Shown in pieces: positions 1 to 12,850 of a stretch of DNA of 64,000 bases; the stretch's first letter is position 1; the number at the start of each line of letters is the position of its first letter. Both the position numbers and the translations under genes were made by a program. Source of the DNA: Heteronotia binoei (lineage: Eukaryota); contig NC_083232.1 of the NCBI RefSeq assembly GCF_032191835.1, positions 75,144,001 to 75,208,000 on the forward strand. Reading direction: 5' to 3'. The notes beneath the pieces are model-generated. The model was given only the letters and a program-made list of their open reading frames with translations. It did not search any database and was not told where the DNA came from.

Positions 1-950
1 TCCAGAAAGAGTATGATGAGGATCATGGGATCTGTATGTACCAAAGCCATGTGGGTTGGGAGGTTGGGTTGGGAGTTGTAGTAGGGAAGGGAATGGGACG
101 TGATTGAGTGAAAAATCTGGCTGGATTCAGTCCTATGATTAACAAATGGGACAGCAGGAATGCTCGATTCCTCCCTCAGATGTAAACAGTGACCAGAAAC
201 ACAGAAAGCCATTAAGAAAAGAGAGAAAAAGAAAAACAGAAAGATGAAAAAATAAGGGGGAAGTGAAGGTGAAAAATCAGAGCAGAGATGAATAAATGTT
301 GCATTAGGTTTAATCAAATTCTAAAACTCCAGCTCAAATACCATTAAATTTCATTCTTGCATCATATCTATTAAATTTTATCCTTTCCTTCACAGCTAAG
401 TCCAATAATTCTTCATTCCAGGTTTCTTTGTCTGGTATGGTTACACCTGTCCAGTATTGAAGGATAAGGCATTTGGCGATAATAGCAACCCTTAAAGCTC
501 AAAGTTTTTCATCTAGTACTTGCAGGATGGTTTCAACATTCATCTAGAGCCAAAGCTTATTGAGTGAAGGTCACAGTTTTGAGCAGGGAATAGACCTTTA
601 TGTTCTGCATAGAAGTAATTCTTTTAGATAGTAATTCCTTTGAGTTAAAAAAGGATAGTTTCTGGAGGTGTTGATGTCCTTAAGTTATTGAGAATCCAAA
701 TTTCATAACAAAGCACCCTTAATTTTAGATATTGACAAAATAGTGAGGAGACAGGTGAAATTCTTCCTGAACACTCCAGCAAGCTTAAAAGCTGTGACTG
801 CTGTTATTATGTAAAACAGAACTGTTTAAATTAGCTTTTAATTACTAATGGGGAAGCGACCACTATACCACAGCATTGATATCTAAACCCATCCCAGTAT
901 AAATAGAGCACCAAACAATATCTGACAACATGACTGTATGCAGCGCTAAA
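1..950 (-). mobile_element. Degraded L1-clade LINE, 3' portion (ORF2 C-terminus and 3' UTR)
   Basis: Minus-strand 495-334 translates LRVAIIAKCLILQYWTGVTIPDKETWNEELLDLAVKERIKFNRYDARMKFNGI*, resembling the C-terminal AK..I...W....P....W.......E.I.......KF..IW signature of non-mammalian vertebrate L1 ORF2. Boundaries approximate. Confidence 0.65.
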
Positions 951-1059
951 TACGAACTAATAATATTGATGCCATCTTGGATTTTAGGATTGAAACTGCA
1001 AATGGATTACATGTGTACAACAAATGTTAACGATTTTACTGTATTTTATTTTAACATTA

Positions 1060-1145
1060 TGTGTTTTAACCCTTGTTAGCTGCCCTGAGCCCAATAGGGG
1101 AGGGCGGGATATAAATATAATAATATAAAATAAAATAAATAAATT
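1060..1145 (+). mobile_element. L2-type 3' end fragment
   Basis: TGTTAGCTGCCCTGAG...GGGCGGGATATAAAT followed by a TAAAA/TAAA tail; same 3' motif as the L2 at 10815-13135. Confidence 0.6.
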
Positions 1146-1494
1146 ATAGGGCTGCTGGACTGAGTTGGGCAATTGGTGGGAGGGCTGGGAACAGGAACAT
1201 GGGTGTGTGTATGTGTGATGTTGCAAACAGCATTACATCATTTTTGGCTATAGCACCTCTGTCTATGGTTTTACCATAGAGCCCCCTTCCTAGAGCTACC
1301 CATTGTTGGTTGTATCCAGAAGTGACATAGTAACATTAGTGACAGGAAGGTTTTTTTCTCTTCAGGATTTTTAAATCCTGGGCTAAGCAGAGAAGCTCAC
1401 TGGTTCAACCAGTTCACACAGCCACTAAGTTTCTGTGCTTCCTGTGATCCTAGACCCAGCTACACCCCCGACTTCAGAGATCCTTGGATAACTT

Positions 1495-1690
1495 AATGAC
1501 TGTACTGACCTTCATTCTGGAAAAATCTGCCATATTGAATCAGACCATTGGTCCTTCAAGGTCAGTATTGTCTACTCAAACTGGCAGAGGCTCTCCATGG
1601 TCTCAGGCAGAGGTCTTTCATATCAACTGCTACTAGATCCTTTAAACTGGAGGTGCTGGAATCAGCTACCCTGGGTTTGGAAAGGACAAC
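1495..1690 (-). mobile_element. tRNA-derived SINE with CR1-like tail (partial)
   Basis: Reverse-complement similarity to the copy at 37155-37370 (GAGAGCC..TGCCAGT..GTAGACAATACTGAC...GGACCAA.GGTCTGATTCA). Confidence 0.65.
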
Positions 1691-1829
1691 TGAGGGGAGC
1701 AAAAAATGGGGAAAATCTGTGATACCTGTGTGCAGCTCACTAAATCCCCCCCAGTCATTGTGCTCTGGCCAATCCACAAATGCCCCATAATGTAAATACA
1801 GGTATTTTATGAACCCATGCAGGATGTGA

Positions 1830-2035
1830 ATGGCATAGTATAGCCTGATCTCATCAGATCTTGGAAGATAAGCAAGGTCAGTACTTAGATGGGAGACCAC
1901 CAAAAAAGACTTTGCAGAGGAAGGCAATGGCAAACCCCCTCTGCTTCTCATTTGCTTTGGAAGTCCTTTGCCAGGATCACCATAAATTGGCTGTAACTTG
2001 ATGGCACTACACACACTATCCCCATACTTAGCAGC
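1830..2035 (+). mobile_element. 5S rRNA-derived SINE with RTE/Bov-B-like tail (5S-Sauria-like)
   Basis: Head GCCTGATCTCATCAGATCTTGGAAGATAAGCAAGGTCAGTACTTAGATGGGAGACCACC resembles the 5S rRNA internal region. Tail GCAGAGGAAGGCAATGGCAAACC resembles RTE/Bov-B 3' ends. Confidence 0.7.
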
Positions 2036-4784
2036 CACCACACTGTTTCTGTATTTGGTTTTCTAAGATATTGTGGTTCCAGCCCTTTTAACTTTCTAGC
2101 TCACCTGGCACATCCCTTGTTTTGATGATGACTTGTCGCTTAGATCTCACCTTAGAATCGAAGGAAGAAGCTGGAGAATTCCAGGTTGCATTAAATGACT
2201 TTTATTCATGACAAGTACTCAACCCTAAGCACAGTTATGCTTTCTAAGCCTATTGATGTCCCTGTTCTGGTTAGGATTGCTCTATAAACTTGTTAAATCT
2301 GAAATATGTGCATAAACAGTCTTTTCTAGGGGTTGAAGAATGAGCCCAATTCTTTCATTGCTGTTTTTGCAAAGCAGTCTTTTTGTGGACATTCATATAA
2401 CTTCTTGACAGTCTTTGTTCATTGGCCTGCTTTAGTAGACTCATCCTTGCACTTCATTAACTTTCCAACCTGAAAATGCACTGGCTTGTTGAAGACACTT
2501 GGAGTTTGGGTGTGATGGCCCGTGGAGAAGTCCAAATTAATATGAGACTGGTACTGCATTTCACAAACTCATCCCCTGCTTGAGAACTCTGCCCACCAGA
2601 GTTGTTGCAAAGGGGGATCTATCAGCCCAGTATGAATCTCCTCCTTGATTTGCATTTACCATCCTTCTCTCTAGAGTGATGTTGAAAGAAGCAAAACCAA
2701 TCTATTTTCTACCGTTCAGCTGTATTTATTTCCCACCATGTGTCTCTCTGCCTGCAGCACCATTAATATCCCCAGAACACCTGAGGTCATTCACTTCCTG
2801 TCTTGCTGCTAAATGAAACAGTGATGTGCCCGTATCCTACAAAGATTTTTGCTCCTAGGGTGAATTTGCGTATGTTCATGTGTTGTAAACATGCAAGGAA
2901 AATAAATAGATCTGGGAGCTCTGTGAGTTAACTACACAGCTAGCCTCCCAGGTCTATGTGTACATTTTCAGGTACAAAAAGCACGTGCTGATATATCATT
3001 AACTATCTGGTCGATATGCACGCAAAATAATGGTCTTTTCCCCATTTGTATTGTTCTCACAGTTCATAAACATCTCTGGAGAAGCAAAGCCAAACCCAAA
3101 GATGGCTTCTCAGATAAATTAGGTAAGTCTATAATGTACCTCTCTTCTTCATCAACTTTTCAAGCATCAGGAGATTTGGAAGGATGCCCAAAGTGGGGAA
3201 GGAGGGGAGAATACATGTCACTTCCATTACTGCAATTGTAAGGGATTGTTCAAGTCTCTCAGCCTTTCTGTTTCTTGGGAATCTTATCTGTACGAACAGA
3301 ACAAATGTATCAGCCAGAGATAACGGAGGAAGTGCTGCTTTTGGTCACTTGTGTGTCAGGTTTCTTTTGGGAAATTTCGACTTGGCACTGATGCAGCCAA
3401 TTATTCCCCAAGAATGATGAATTTGGGGTGTCTAAACCATCGGTAGAGTTGGCAGGGCAAAGACCTCATTCTTTTCTTGGGTGATTAATGGTCTTTGGAT
3501 CAAGCAGAGTTATTTGTTTCCATGAGTGACTGCCTTACAAATACTTGGTCACCCTTCTTCAGATTAGATCATATCATTTGGAACTCCTCTTCACTTTGAT
3601 CTTCTTTAGAGGCCTTATCTGCACGCTTACACGCTTTTAGTAGAGACGGCTATTGCCACATTTGCTTTGAAAGCAAAGAGTACAAAATAGGTAAGACAGC
3701 TTGTGGAAAAGCTTTAAAAATCCTATGTAGAGAAGTGGATTGGCCTTCTCTTCGTTTATGGGGTAACAGAAGTAACAGCTCTAGATTATGGCTTGAAGCC
3801 ACCTAATGATGGCAACTCCACTTTCCTATCAGAATTAGGGATCCCTGGCCAGAGAGAACGTCTGAATTTTGAGAAAGTCGCATTATTTGTTTCTGAGGTT
3901 ATGGGATCTCTCCTTCTGCATCTATAATGTACTGGTATGTGCTTTTCTACTATTGACTCAGAATCAAGCAGTGCTCACTGTGGGAGAGAGAAGCTGACTA
4001 TATCAGATATTGATCCAATATGGCAGACATTTCATGTGCCTTGAAGGCTAGTCTAGAATTGCTTCTACCTTCAGAACATACTGTTCACAGCCACTTGTCT
4101 GCCACAGAATTCTTGCACATTATGAACATCTGGAGGCATGCTCAGCCTTCTCAAGGGTACTAGCTGAGTCTGTTTGACTCAGGCCTGGTGCTTGGGGTTC
4201 TGGTGCAAGGCCAAACCCCTCCCCCCTCTCCCCAAGGAGTCTTCTTGCACACACTTCACACACATGGCACAATGAAAGAAGGAGGTGGCCTCTTCCCGGC
4301 TGCCTCTGAAGCGGGAGACGGCCAGGCAAGGGGTGGCCCAAGCCGCATGTTCTTTCTTCAAGAACCCCTGGTTTGGGCCACCCCTTGCCTGGTCCTCTCC
4401 AGCTTTGCAGGGTCAGCATGAGTGGGGACGGAGAGAGGGCGCCCGCCCTCACCCCTGCAGCAAGGTGGCATCCCAGGCGGCCACCTACCTCACTGACTCA
4501 CATGCATTGGCCCTGGTTTGACTTCACCATGGCCTGGTGTGATCTGAGTGTGCTCTATGGAAAATTTGCAGCCATCTCTCTGTATGTACTCATCAGAATG
4601 GAAGATCAACAGATCTATTTTCAGATACAGTTAGCTGTAAATATACAGTTTTCACTTAGTGAACCCCCTGCTAAGATGTCACAGGCTTTAGGGTTCCTCT
4701 GGATTGTTTTGGGTTTTTTTGCCTTTGTAGCCAATTTACGGCTACCCTTTAGGGTTTTCAAGGTAAGAGAAGTTTAGAGGTGGT

Positions 4785-4905
4785 TTGTGTTGCCTGCTTC
4801 TGTGTCACACCCCTGGTATTCCTTGAAGGTCTCCCATCCAAATACTAATAAGGGCTGACCCAGATTTGCTTTCAAGATCTGACTAGATTGGGCTCCTCTG
4901 GAATA
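4785..4905 (-). mobile_element. 5S-derived SINE fragment
   Basis: GGTCTCCCATCCAAATACTAA...TTTGCTTTCAAGATCTGACTAGATTGGGC is the reverse complement of a decayed 5S-like head. Confidence 0.55.
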
Positions 4906-5429
4906 CAGTTTGAAAACTGCTGTGTTGGGCACCTAACTTTTATCATATGAACAACTCAGTGTTTTCTGAAACAGTTTTTCCTTTCAGTCTGTGTTTCAGT
5001 GGACATCCTTCCAAACCAAGGGCAAAATTCTTGGAATTTGGTTGTTCAGATCTGTCTAAACATGAGAGGCTGGATTCTATGAAACTATTGTGCTAGCAAA
5101 GAAACTTCCCTTTGCAAGAGGAGACTTCCCCTTACACAAGATGTTCTTTGGAGCGTCTTGCATCGGACTACAACTCCTGACAGAGGAAAGTGCTTCTACC
5201 AGTGGAATAGGTCTGCAGGATCCAACCCAAGACTTTTAGGTCTCTTAGTAAAGGTATGATCAATTATCCTACTAACACAACGGCTGGATCAAAAACAGCA
5301 TGGTCTGGCCATTGATCAGACAGAGGCAGGGATATGTGTGGCAGAATTCCAAGCAAGACTGGGCCAATTCCTGTCTTGTAGCCATTTCTGTTTGGTTCTT
5401 TTCCCCATAAGACTTTCCATACCTTTCTC

Positions 5430-6137
5430 AAGGGCCGGTGCTTGGGTTTTTGGTACCGTGGCCAGCTGCCCACTAGCGCCCCCCTCCTGAAATTTAGAAA
5501 ACAGAGAATTGTAGGAGAAATGAACAAACTTGAAACAATTTACATTTTTAATTTACAGTTTTTTATTTTAAATTTTATTATTTTTTTTAAAATTGTGAGA
5601 TTAAGCAATAAAAATCATGAGAATACTACTTGATCCTTTTAACTGGAGGTGCCGGGGACAAAACCTTCACATGACCATTTCTGCTTGATCGTTTTATTTG
5701 GAGGTGCCAGTGACAAGACCTTGTGCATGCAAGAAAGATGCTCTACTACTGAGCTATGGCTCTCATCCCATGGCTCTGTTAAAGCAGAGTAGGAAGAATG
5801 AGTGGCAACACACAACTTCAACAGGAGACAGTTTTTAGAAACTGTAATTGGCTCTTCTTCAGCTTTTACAATTGGTTAATTTATCCCTGCTGGGCTCCAA
5901 GGAGTGTACTGCGCAGGCACCATCCGCTTTTGCATTTCCCAGGCCTGCAACAGACCCAGGGAATGCAAAACCAGGCAGGCAGCATCTGCACTCCATGGAG
6001 CCTGTTTTCCACTGGGGAAGGCAGGCTCCAAGGAGCACACACGCTGCGCATTGGGAGAAGGAGTGCCTGGCAGCGCCCTAGGCCAGGTGGCACCCTAGGA
6101 GGCTGCCTACTTGGCCTACTCCCACGCACCGGCCATG
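5430..6137. mobile_element. Non-autonomous hAT-like DNA transposon with a nested tRNA-SINE fragment (~5630-5770, minus strand)
   Basis: Imperfect terminal inverted repeats AAGGGCCGGTGC / GCACCGGCCATG. No clean TSD seen. Confidence 0.45.
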
Positions 6138-8947
6138 CTCAAGCCTGTCCTGTCCTGTCAGTACACTCTGTCCTAGAAGAACTGTTGGCTTCTTTCAGTT
6201 TCAGCCTGGAAGTCATAACATCTATGCATCTCCATGGTTCCCCCTTGACACAGAGAGTACCACTGATAATATACAGATTGTTATTTGAAGAGACAGGACT
6301 TCTTGCCTTCATAGTATTGTTTTAACTAAGACAAAGTTTATGTCTTACTGTATGATAAGGGTTGGGTTTTGTCAGATACTTCAGAGGCTCATCACAGACC
6401 TGACTGACAGTTACATTAGCTGCTATGGATAGAGAAAGGTATTTAATCTGTGATTTTATTCTTGTTCATTGCTGTTCATGTCAACAACCCATTTCTCTGG
6501 GTCTTGATGAGAGCATTCAAGGATATCCTTTATAAAATGCTGTGCACAATGTTTAAGTATTGAATTTTGAATTAATGCTGGATGCTCCGTTCTAGATCCT
6601 TATATGTTTGGAAGGTTTTTGCATTACGGTTTTAATTTTAATCAATGGTTTTAACTTTGGAACAGCTTTTGCTCTCTCTTTCTGAAACTGCTGGGTCATT
6701 GCCAGTCATTCTTTTCCCCTTACTGAACCCGGTGGGAATGAGAGTCCTATGAAAAGTTCCTAAAATTCCCTAACAATGTGTTCATGCCTCAATTCCATGG
6801 GAATACAGAAGTAGCCCAGGAAGTAGGAGTGGGTTTGTTTTCAGTGAATCATAGTTTTTTTTTTAAAAAAAAATTCTAGTCTTTAAGGCTCTTCATACAT
6901 GCATGAACGTGTGTAGGCAGTACCATTCAAAAGCCATAGAGACAACTGTTTAAAAATTTCAGGTGCTGAGGGGGACAGGGGAGGGTTTGATGAACAAAGA
7001 ATGCATAATAGCAATAACAGGCGTCATGCAAAATTTAGAGAAATTATGTAAATTTACCCAATTTGCATAATCTATATGGGTCACTGACTGCAACTTTTCT
7101 TAGTATAGAGAAGGATAGCCTGGATGCAGAATTTTAATGCTTTTCTTTGGGGGGGGGGTGCTGGGTTGCACACAGCCCTGATAAGAAGTTAGTTGCTTTC
7201 AGCCCAGTGTCTTTGTTTTGATTGCCTTCTCTCAGATCTGGCTTCTGTCACTATTATTAGGGGCTGCATCCAGGTGCTTCTTGTCTCGACAGCTCTAGAA
7301 CTGCTGCAGGTGCTCCTCGAGAGCCACTTATGCCCCCAACAGGTCTTTGTCTGGGAATCAAGCATTGCTTTCTGTACCAGGAAGCATCTGAGATGCCTGT
7401 GATGTTTGCAGGAAATCTTAATGGTTTCTTTGGCTCCTGGCTTGTTCCACAATAGATTATTGAGGCTCTGCTGGGAGGTAAATCAAGTTTTGTTGGCTTC
7501 CAGCTGGTACTTGCTGTGCTCAGGTGAACTAGGAGTTGCCCAGCTGCCAGCTTGGAAAACAGTTTACAAATGGCATTCATAATACAACATTCCCTTCTTG
7601 TAGATATCTTTAGCTGTCTTTACAAAAGTGACTCTTAAAAGATTTAAATAGCTGCAGTCTGATGGGAATTAAATTTTTTTCCTCCTCTGCCCATTAGCAT
7701 TTGCGTTGGGTATGCCGGTATATCTTTGGGTGTATTGCTTAGATCTATAAATTCCCTGATACAGACATTTATTGCTATGTTTAGCTTTTTGATTTTTAAA
7801 AAAGTTTCAGATGTCCTGTATGTATGTAGTGAAGGAGTTTTGTTACTATGGTGATGGATGCTGGGCAAAACCTCTGGGTAGATGAAAGTAATGTTCTCAA
7901 ACAGACAGATTCTTACAAGTTTTTAAAACTCTATCATTGATATCTAGGAATAAGGTTACTTCACACACCACTTTCCCGAACACAGATATTATCCTTTTAA
8001 AGAAAATGTTGGCACACTTCTGGAGGGTGTGTGTGGGAAATGAGTGTTTATTTTGTTGCAAATACATGGTTGGGAAACAATTGATTTAAAATCACACTAA
8101 GACGTTTCTGTAAAACAATATTCTGTGTGGTTTATGTACAAATGATCTGTCAGTTGGAACCCTGATGTAACTATCCTGTACAATTTTATAAGATCTACAA
8201 ATCACCCTACCCTTAAATGTCTTTATGTTTATAACACATAAAGGTAGACAGAAAGCACTGTTCCTGTATTTTACTGGTGAAATAATACACAGGATAAAAC
8301 AACAACATTCCAGTATATACAAGTCCCTTACGAAGTCTTCAAGAGTAAATGAAGGACATGGAGTTGCAACAACAGATTTTCTAGGCATGAATCTTCTAGC
8401 ACTGAAGCTTGTCCATGTCTGCATGGAGGAGGGAATGCGTGAACCAGAAGTACAGACATGTGATTTTCATGATAGTGTTTTTGAGAGCTACCCCAAGCAT
8501 GGCAATATTATGAATCTGGTTATGCAAGTACTGGTATATCACGTACTACCTTTATGCACCCAAGCATACATGAACCTGCAGGGTTGTCAAGAGCTGCTCT
8601 TGGCCCCCAGACAAAGGTTTCCTCTAGGCTGATTGCCGTTTATGACTTTTGTCATGGAAACAGTAATTAAGAAGATTTCCTCTAGGCTTCCTTCACACCA
8701 CCAAGACCCAATTCAAACATTGTGTGACTTCTCTATCTCCAGAGACCCCAGGGTGATCCCAGCCCCTAAAGTTTTTTTCTCCTCGTCTACCTCCCTCTTT
8801 CAGCAGTCCTGTGAACCTTTATGAATGGGAAACTGAGTACCACTATACTGTCTGTGAGCTAGCTTTGATAGGGTCATAGCTAAAATAGTGTCTGTATCCT
8901 CTTGATTAGGGATAATTAGTAATTTAAAATGTAGTATACTGTCTATG

Positions 8948-9206
8948 TTTGGTGTAGTGGTTAAGTGTGCGGACTCTTATCTGGGAGAACTGGGTTTGAT
9001 TCCCCACTCCTCCACTTGCACCTGCTAGCATGGCCTTGGGTCAGCCATAGCTCTGGCAGAGGTTGTGCTTGAAAGGGCAACTGCTGTGAGAGCCCTCTCC
9101 AGCCCCACCCAGCTCACAGGGTGTTTGTTGTGGGGGAGGAAGGTAAAGGAGATTGTGAGCCGCTCTGAGACTCTTCGGAGTGGAGGGTGGGATATAAATC
9201 CAAAAT

Positions 9207-9244
<38 letters not shown>

Positions 9245-9299
9245 CCACCACCACCATCACCATCACCATCACCATCACCATCACCATCATCATCATCAT
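8948..9299 (+). mobile_element. Squam3-like (Ther1/MIR-derived) SINE with expanded (CAT/CAC)n tail
   Basis: tRNA-like head TTTGGTGTAGTGGTTAAG...GGTTTGATTCCCC and L2-type end GTGGAGGGTGGGATATAAATCC; near-identical to 14349-14652. Confidence 0.85.
9208..9299 (+). repeat. Compound (ATC)n(ACC)n/(ATCACC)n microsatellite
   Basis: Directly visible. It produces the poly-D/G and poly-M/V ORFs in the track. Confidence 0.95.
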
Positions 9300-11720
9300 A
9301 TGTTTGGGGTGGATGTGTTGGACCCAAGGAATGAAGAACTAAAAAAGCAGGTAAGTTGAAAAGAGTATCACATGGAGAGTTTTGTGTATATGATAGGTTA
9401 TTTTTTTCAGACTTCACACAGAAAAAAATTCTTGACAGTATATTAGAAAATTCTGATTATCATTATCACCCAAAAAGTAAATGCTATAGAGCAACATTTA
9501 TTTATAACACCTTCTTTGTTGAAAAAACAGTTTTCTAGATGATCAAGGATGCTGAATCTTTTCATTTAGGATGGTCCCTCTTGGGTTGCCACTGGCAATA
9601 TTAAGAAGAGAAGTGGAAGGCTTAAAAGGGAACTGGGACTTATCTGTGGTGGTGCCCTACTTGCTTCACTGACTTTCAGGCACAAGATTCATATGCCCAA
9701 GCTTTTAATTCTGTTTCTGCTTTTGAATTTGGTTTTATGGGAGATTGTTCTTTTGTTGTGATTTTATTGCATTTTATTACACCTATTAGAAGACCTTGTG
9801 GAAATTCTTGCTTAATTCAGAGGAGAATAGTGCAAACCTACACACTTCTATGTACATTGAATTAAATGGGCTTAGAAGGGTGTAAGTCTTCATAGGACCA
9901 AACTATATATGTTTTAAAGAATTAAATACATTTGAACAAAGGCCCAGATAAGCTAAATCAGCAGTTGGTGCCCTATAGTGATGACTTTTAAAAAATGACT
10001 GTTAATGTCTTTTGACTTAAAAAAAAAATCTATTGATGACTTCTAAAAAATCTATTCATTTCTTTGTAGCTGAGTGCCTTATCATGCAAAAGGAATGAAT
10101 ATTTGACTAAAGACATGGCTTGAAATGATTAAAGTCACAATAAAGGAATTATTTTTGTGACCGATTTCTTTCTAGTGTTGCGCTGCCCCTAGGCTTCAGT
10201 TTTCCCCGGCACAAGTGATCGATTTCCCACCAGGTGCTCTGAGGGCACATTTTGTCATGGGGCTCCCTCCAGTTCCTCTCATGGCTTTGTGATGCTGTCG
10301 TTTAAGGACTGAGAAACTGCAAGGGGAACTGGAGGGAGCGTCAAAATGCACCTCTGGAGCAACTAATGGGAAATCTATCACTTAAACCAGGGCAAAACAG
10401 AAGCCTGGGGGTGAAGCAACACTAGTGAGAAATTGGTACTTGACTTATGAGCCAATGGAAACTCACAGCTAATTACTGGTTGCTCAGAGAAGAAGGAAAC
10501 AATGAGAGACAGCCATTGTACTGTGCCACTACTCAATGTTAAGATAGGATTTTCTGGTATTTACTAAGTAGGACAGGTTTCCTATTGTAATTATTTATGC
10601 TGGTCCATTCTGTTCATTATCCAGAATCCATTTTTGTTTTGCTCCTTTGGTTTCTAAAAATCTTAGAAGTCACCTAAGATCTCATATTCTTCCTATCTGC
10701 CACAATAGGAGAAAAATTATGCGGTCTTCCTTCAAAAAATGCTCATTTATCAAAGGACTTTTCTGCATTTGTGTTTACCACAGCTCTTGCCTCCCATCGC
10801 TGTCATTTTAAAAAATGTTATTTATTTATTTATTACCTTTAATTTATACCCCGCCCTCTCTGCAAGCGGACTCAGGGTGGGTAACAGTCCAAATTTTAGA
10901 CAATAAATACAAATTAAACAAACTTCAAGCAATAAACACTACTAAAACATTTTAAAACCATTTTACCGTGCTGTTAAATAACTACCTAGGCGGGGTTGTC
11001 CTTTACTAACAGTTAAACCTGGTAGTAGTTCCAACATCTCAGTAGTGTAGGTGGCAGTCCTTTCCCAGTTTAAGTGTGTGACGGAACCGGCCCAATTCTG
11101 CCTTCAGACCTGGTCCCGTCAACTCCCTATTGAGTCGTCAACTCCTGGAGGGAGCTATTTCTCCTCCGGCCACTTGGGCTTGCTGCCACCACCTGCTCAG
11201 TCTAGGGGTTCAGATTGAGAGGAACAGGACTCCCAATCCCCCTCTCCAGCTATGAGGCCAGGCCTCAAGGTCCTCTGCCACCCTGTTCTTGGGTATCACA
11301 GAGACCACAGCACTTCTTCGGGAAACCCCTGGAGGATTGGCACCTTATCCAACTGCATGCCTTCCCCCTTCCCCGGGGCCCCCTTCATAAAGCAGCGTGG
11401 TCTAAGCAGTTGGGGATCTATGTGGTACAGAGTTTGACTGCCAGCATTCAAAACAGTAAAAATGTTTAATAAGAAGAGAAATAAAAATAAAAACAAAAAC
11501 AGTTACATGTAAAAGTTTAGGACAGCACCTGAACAGCAACAAGCAGGACAAATAAAAGGTGGATTTAAACGCAACCTCTCGTCCCTGGTGTAAACTTGCC
11601 CTACCTTGTGAATGACTGCCTGGGGTCCCACAGGTAGGAGCCCACAGATTGGCAACCTCTCTCCCTGAGCGCCAGCCGAGACCTGCCCTTTTCCCGCCTA
11701 ACTCAAATAAAAAAAACAAA

Positions 11721-11889
11721 AGAACTTCCTGCCCCTCTAGGAGGCTTTCCCCCTAGAGTTGCTGGTTTAACTCCAGAAGGGAGGAGGGAATGAGGGGAAG
11801 GCTAAAGAACTTCCTGCCCCTCTAGGAGGCTTTCCCCCTAGAGCTGATGGTTTAACTCCGGAAGGGAGGGGGGAGTGAAGGGAAGGCTA
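11721..11889. repeat. 85-bp tandem duplication at the L2 ORF end / 3' UTR
   Basis: AGAACTTCCTGCCCCTCTAGGAGGCTTTCCCCCTAGAG occurs at 11721 and 11806. Confidence 0.9.
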
Positions 11890-12014
11890 GGCCACACAGC
11901 CTGCCTAGTAGTTTCATGTTCCCCTCCCACCAAGCACCAACATTAACCAAGATGGCGTTTCTCCACAAAGTGCCAAAAGCCTGTCGGAATAACTCAGTTT
12001 TGCAGGCCCTGTGG

Positions 12015-12850
12015 AATTGAGAGAGGTCCTGCAGGGCCCTTATGGCCTCTGGGAGTGCATTCCATATTTCAGGTGTTGCAACTGAGAAGGCCCTGAATCG
12101 AGTAGAACACAGCCTGGCCTCCCTTGGTCCGAGGATGGACAGTAGATGTTGTGTCCCTGAACTCAGTGCTCTCTGGGAAACATGTGGAGAAAGGCGGTTC
12201 CGAAGATAGATAGGCCCCCGATCATATAGGGTTTTAAAGGTCAATACCAACATCTTGAAACGGACTCGGAACGCAATAGGTAGCCAGTGCAGTTCTTTCA
12301 GCACCGGCTGAATGTGCTCCCATTGAGGGAGCCTCATTAACAGCTGTGCTGCTGCATTCTGCACTAGCTGCAGTTTCTGAGTCAAGGGTAACCCTATGTA
12401 GAGAGCATTCCAGTGATCTATTCTCGAGGTGAAATTGAGAGAGGTCCTGCAGGGCCCTTATGGCCTCTGGGAGTGCATTCCATATTTCAGGTGCTGCCAC
12501 TGAGAAGGCCCTGGATCGTGTAGAACACAGCCTGGCCTCCCTTGGTCCGAGGATGGACAGTAGATGTTGTGTCCCTGAACGCAGTGCTCTCTGGGGAACA
12601 TGTGGAGAAAGGCGGTTCCGAAGATAGATAGGCCCCCGATCATATAGGGTTTTAAAGGTCAATACCAACATCTTGAAACGGACTCGGAACACAATAGGTA
12701 GCCAGTGCAGTTCTTTCAGCACCGGCTGAATGTGCTCCCATTGAGGGTGCCTCATTAACAGCTGTGCTGCTGCATTCTGCACTAGCTGCAGTTTCTGAGT
12801 CAAGGGTAACACCATGTAGAGAGCATTACAGTGATCTATTCTCGAGGTGA
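12015..12850. repeat. 418-bp direct tandem duplication inside the L2
   Basis: Copies 12015-12432 and 12433-12850 both start AATTGAGAGAGGTCC and end TTCTCGAGGTGA; about 11 substitutions by manual comparison. Confidence 0.95.

Noticed and set aside
1830-1905. 5S rRNA-like sequence (also at ~33765, ~24360 and ~4840)
   Set aside because: Partial, diverged and fused to a retroposon tail, so SINE heads rather than rRNA genes.
1562-2041. 159-aa ORF
   Set aside because: Spans two unrelated SINEs on their antisense or non-coding frames.
3184-3417. 77-aa ORF / possible exon (EQMYQPEITEEVLLLVTCVS)
   Set aside because: Weak donor and no homology recognised.
4731-4762. Strong acceptor (TTTTTTTGCCTTTGTAG) and donor (AAG|GTAAGA) enclosing 32 nt (NLRLPFRVFK)
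   Set aside because: Isolated, no recognisable protein and no partner exons; cannot be distinguished from a chance or cryptic exon without RNA-seq.
5798-6325. 175-aa ORF
   Set aside because: Lies in a non-autonomous hAT-like repeat; no transposase motifs.
7189-7580. Overlapping ORFs on both strands
   Set aside because: No motif or consistent splice structure recognised.
9025-9417. Poly-Asp/Gly and poly-Met/Val ORFs
   Set aside because: Translation of the SINE-tail microsatellite.
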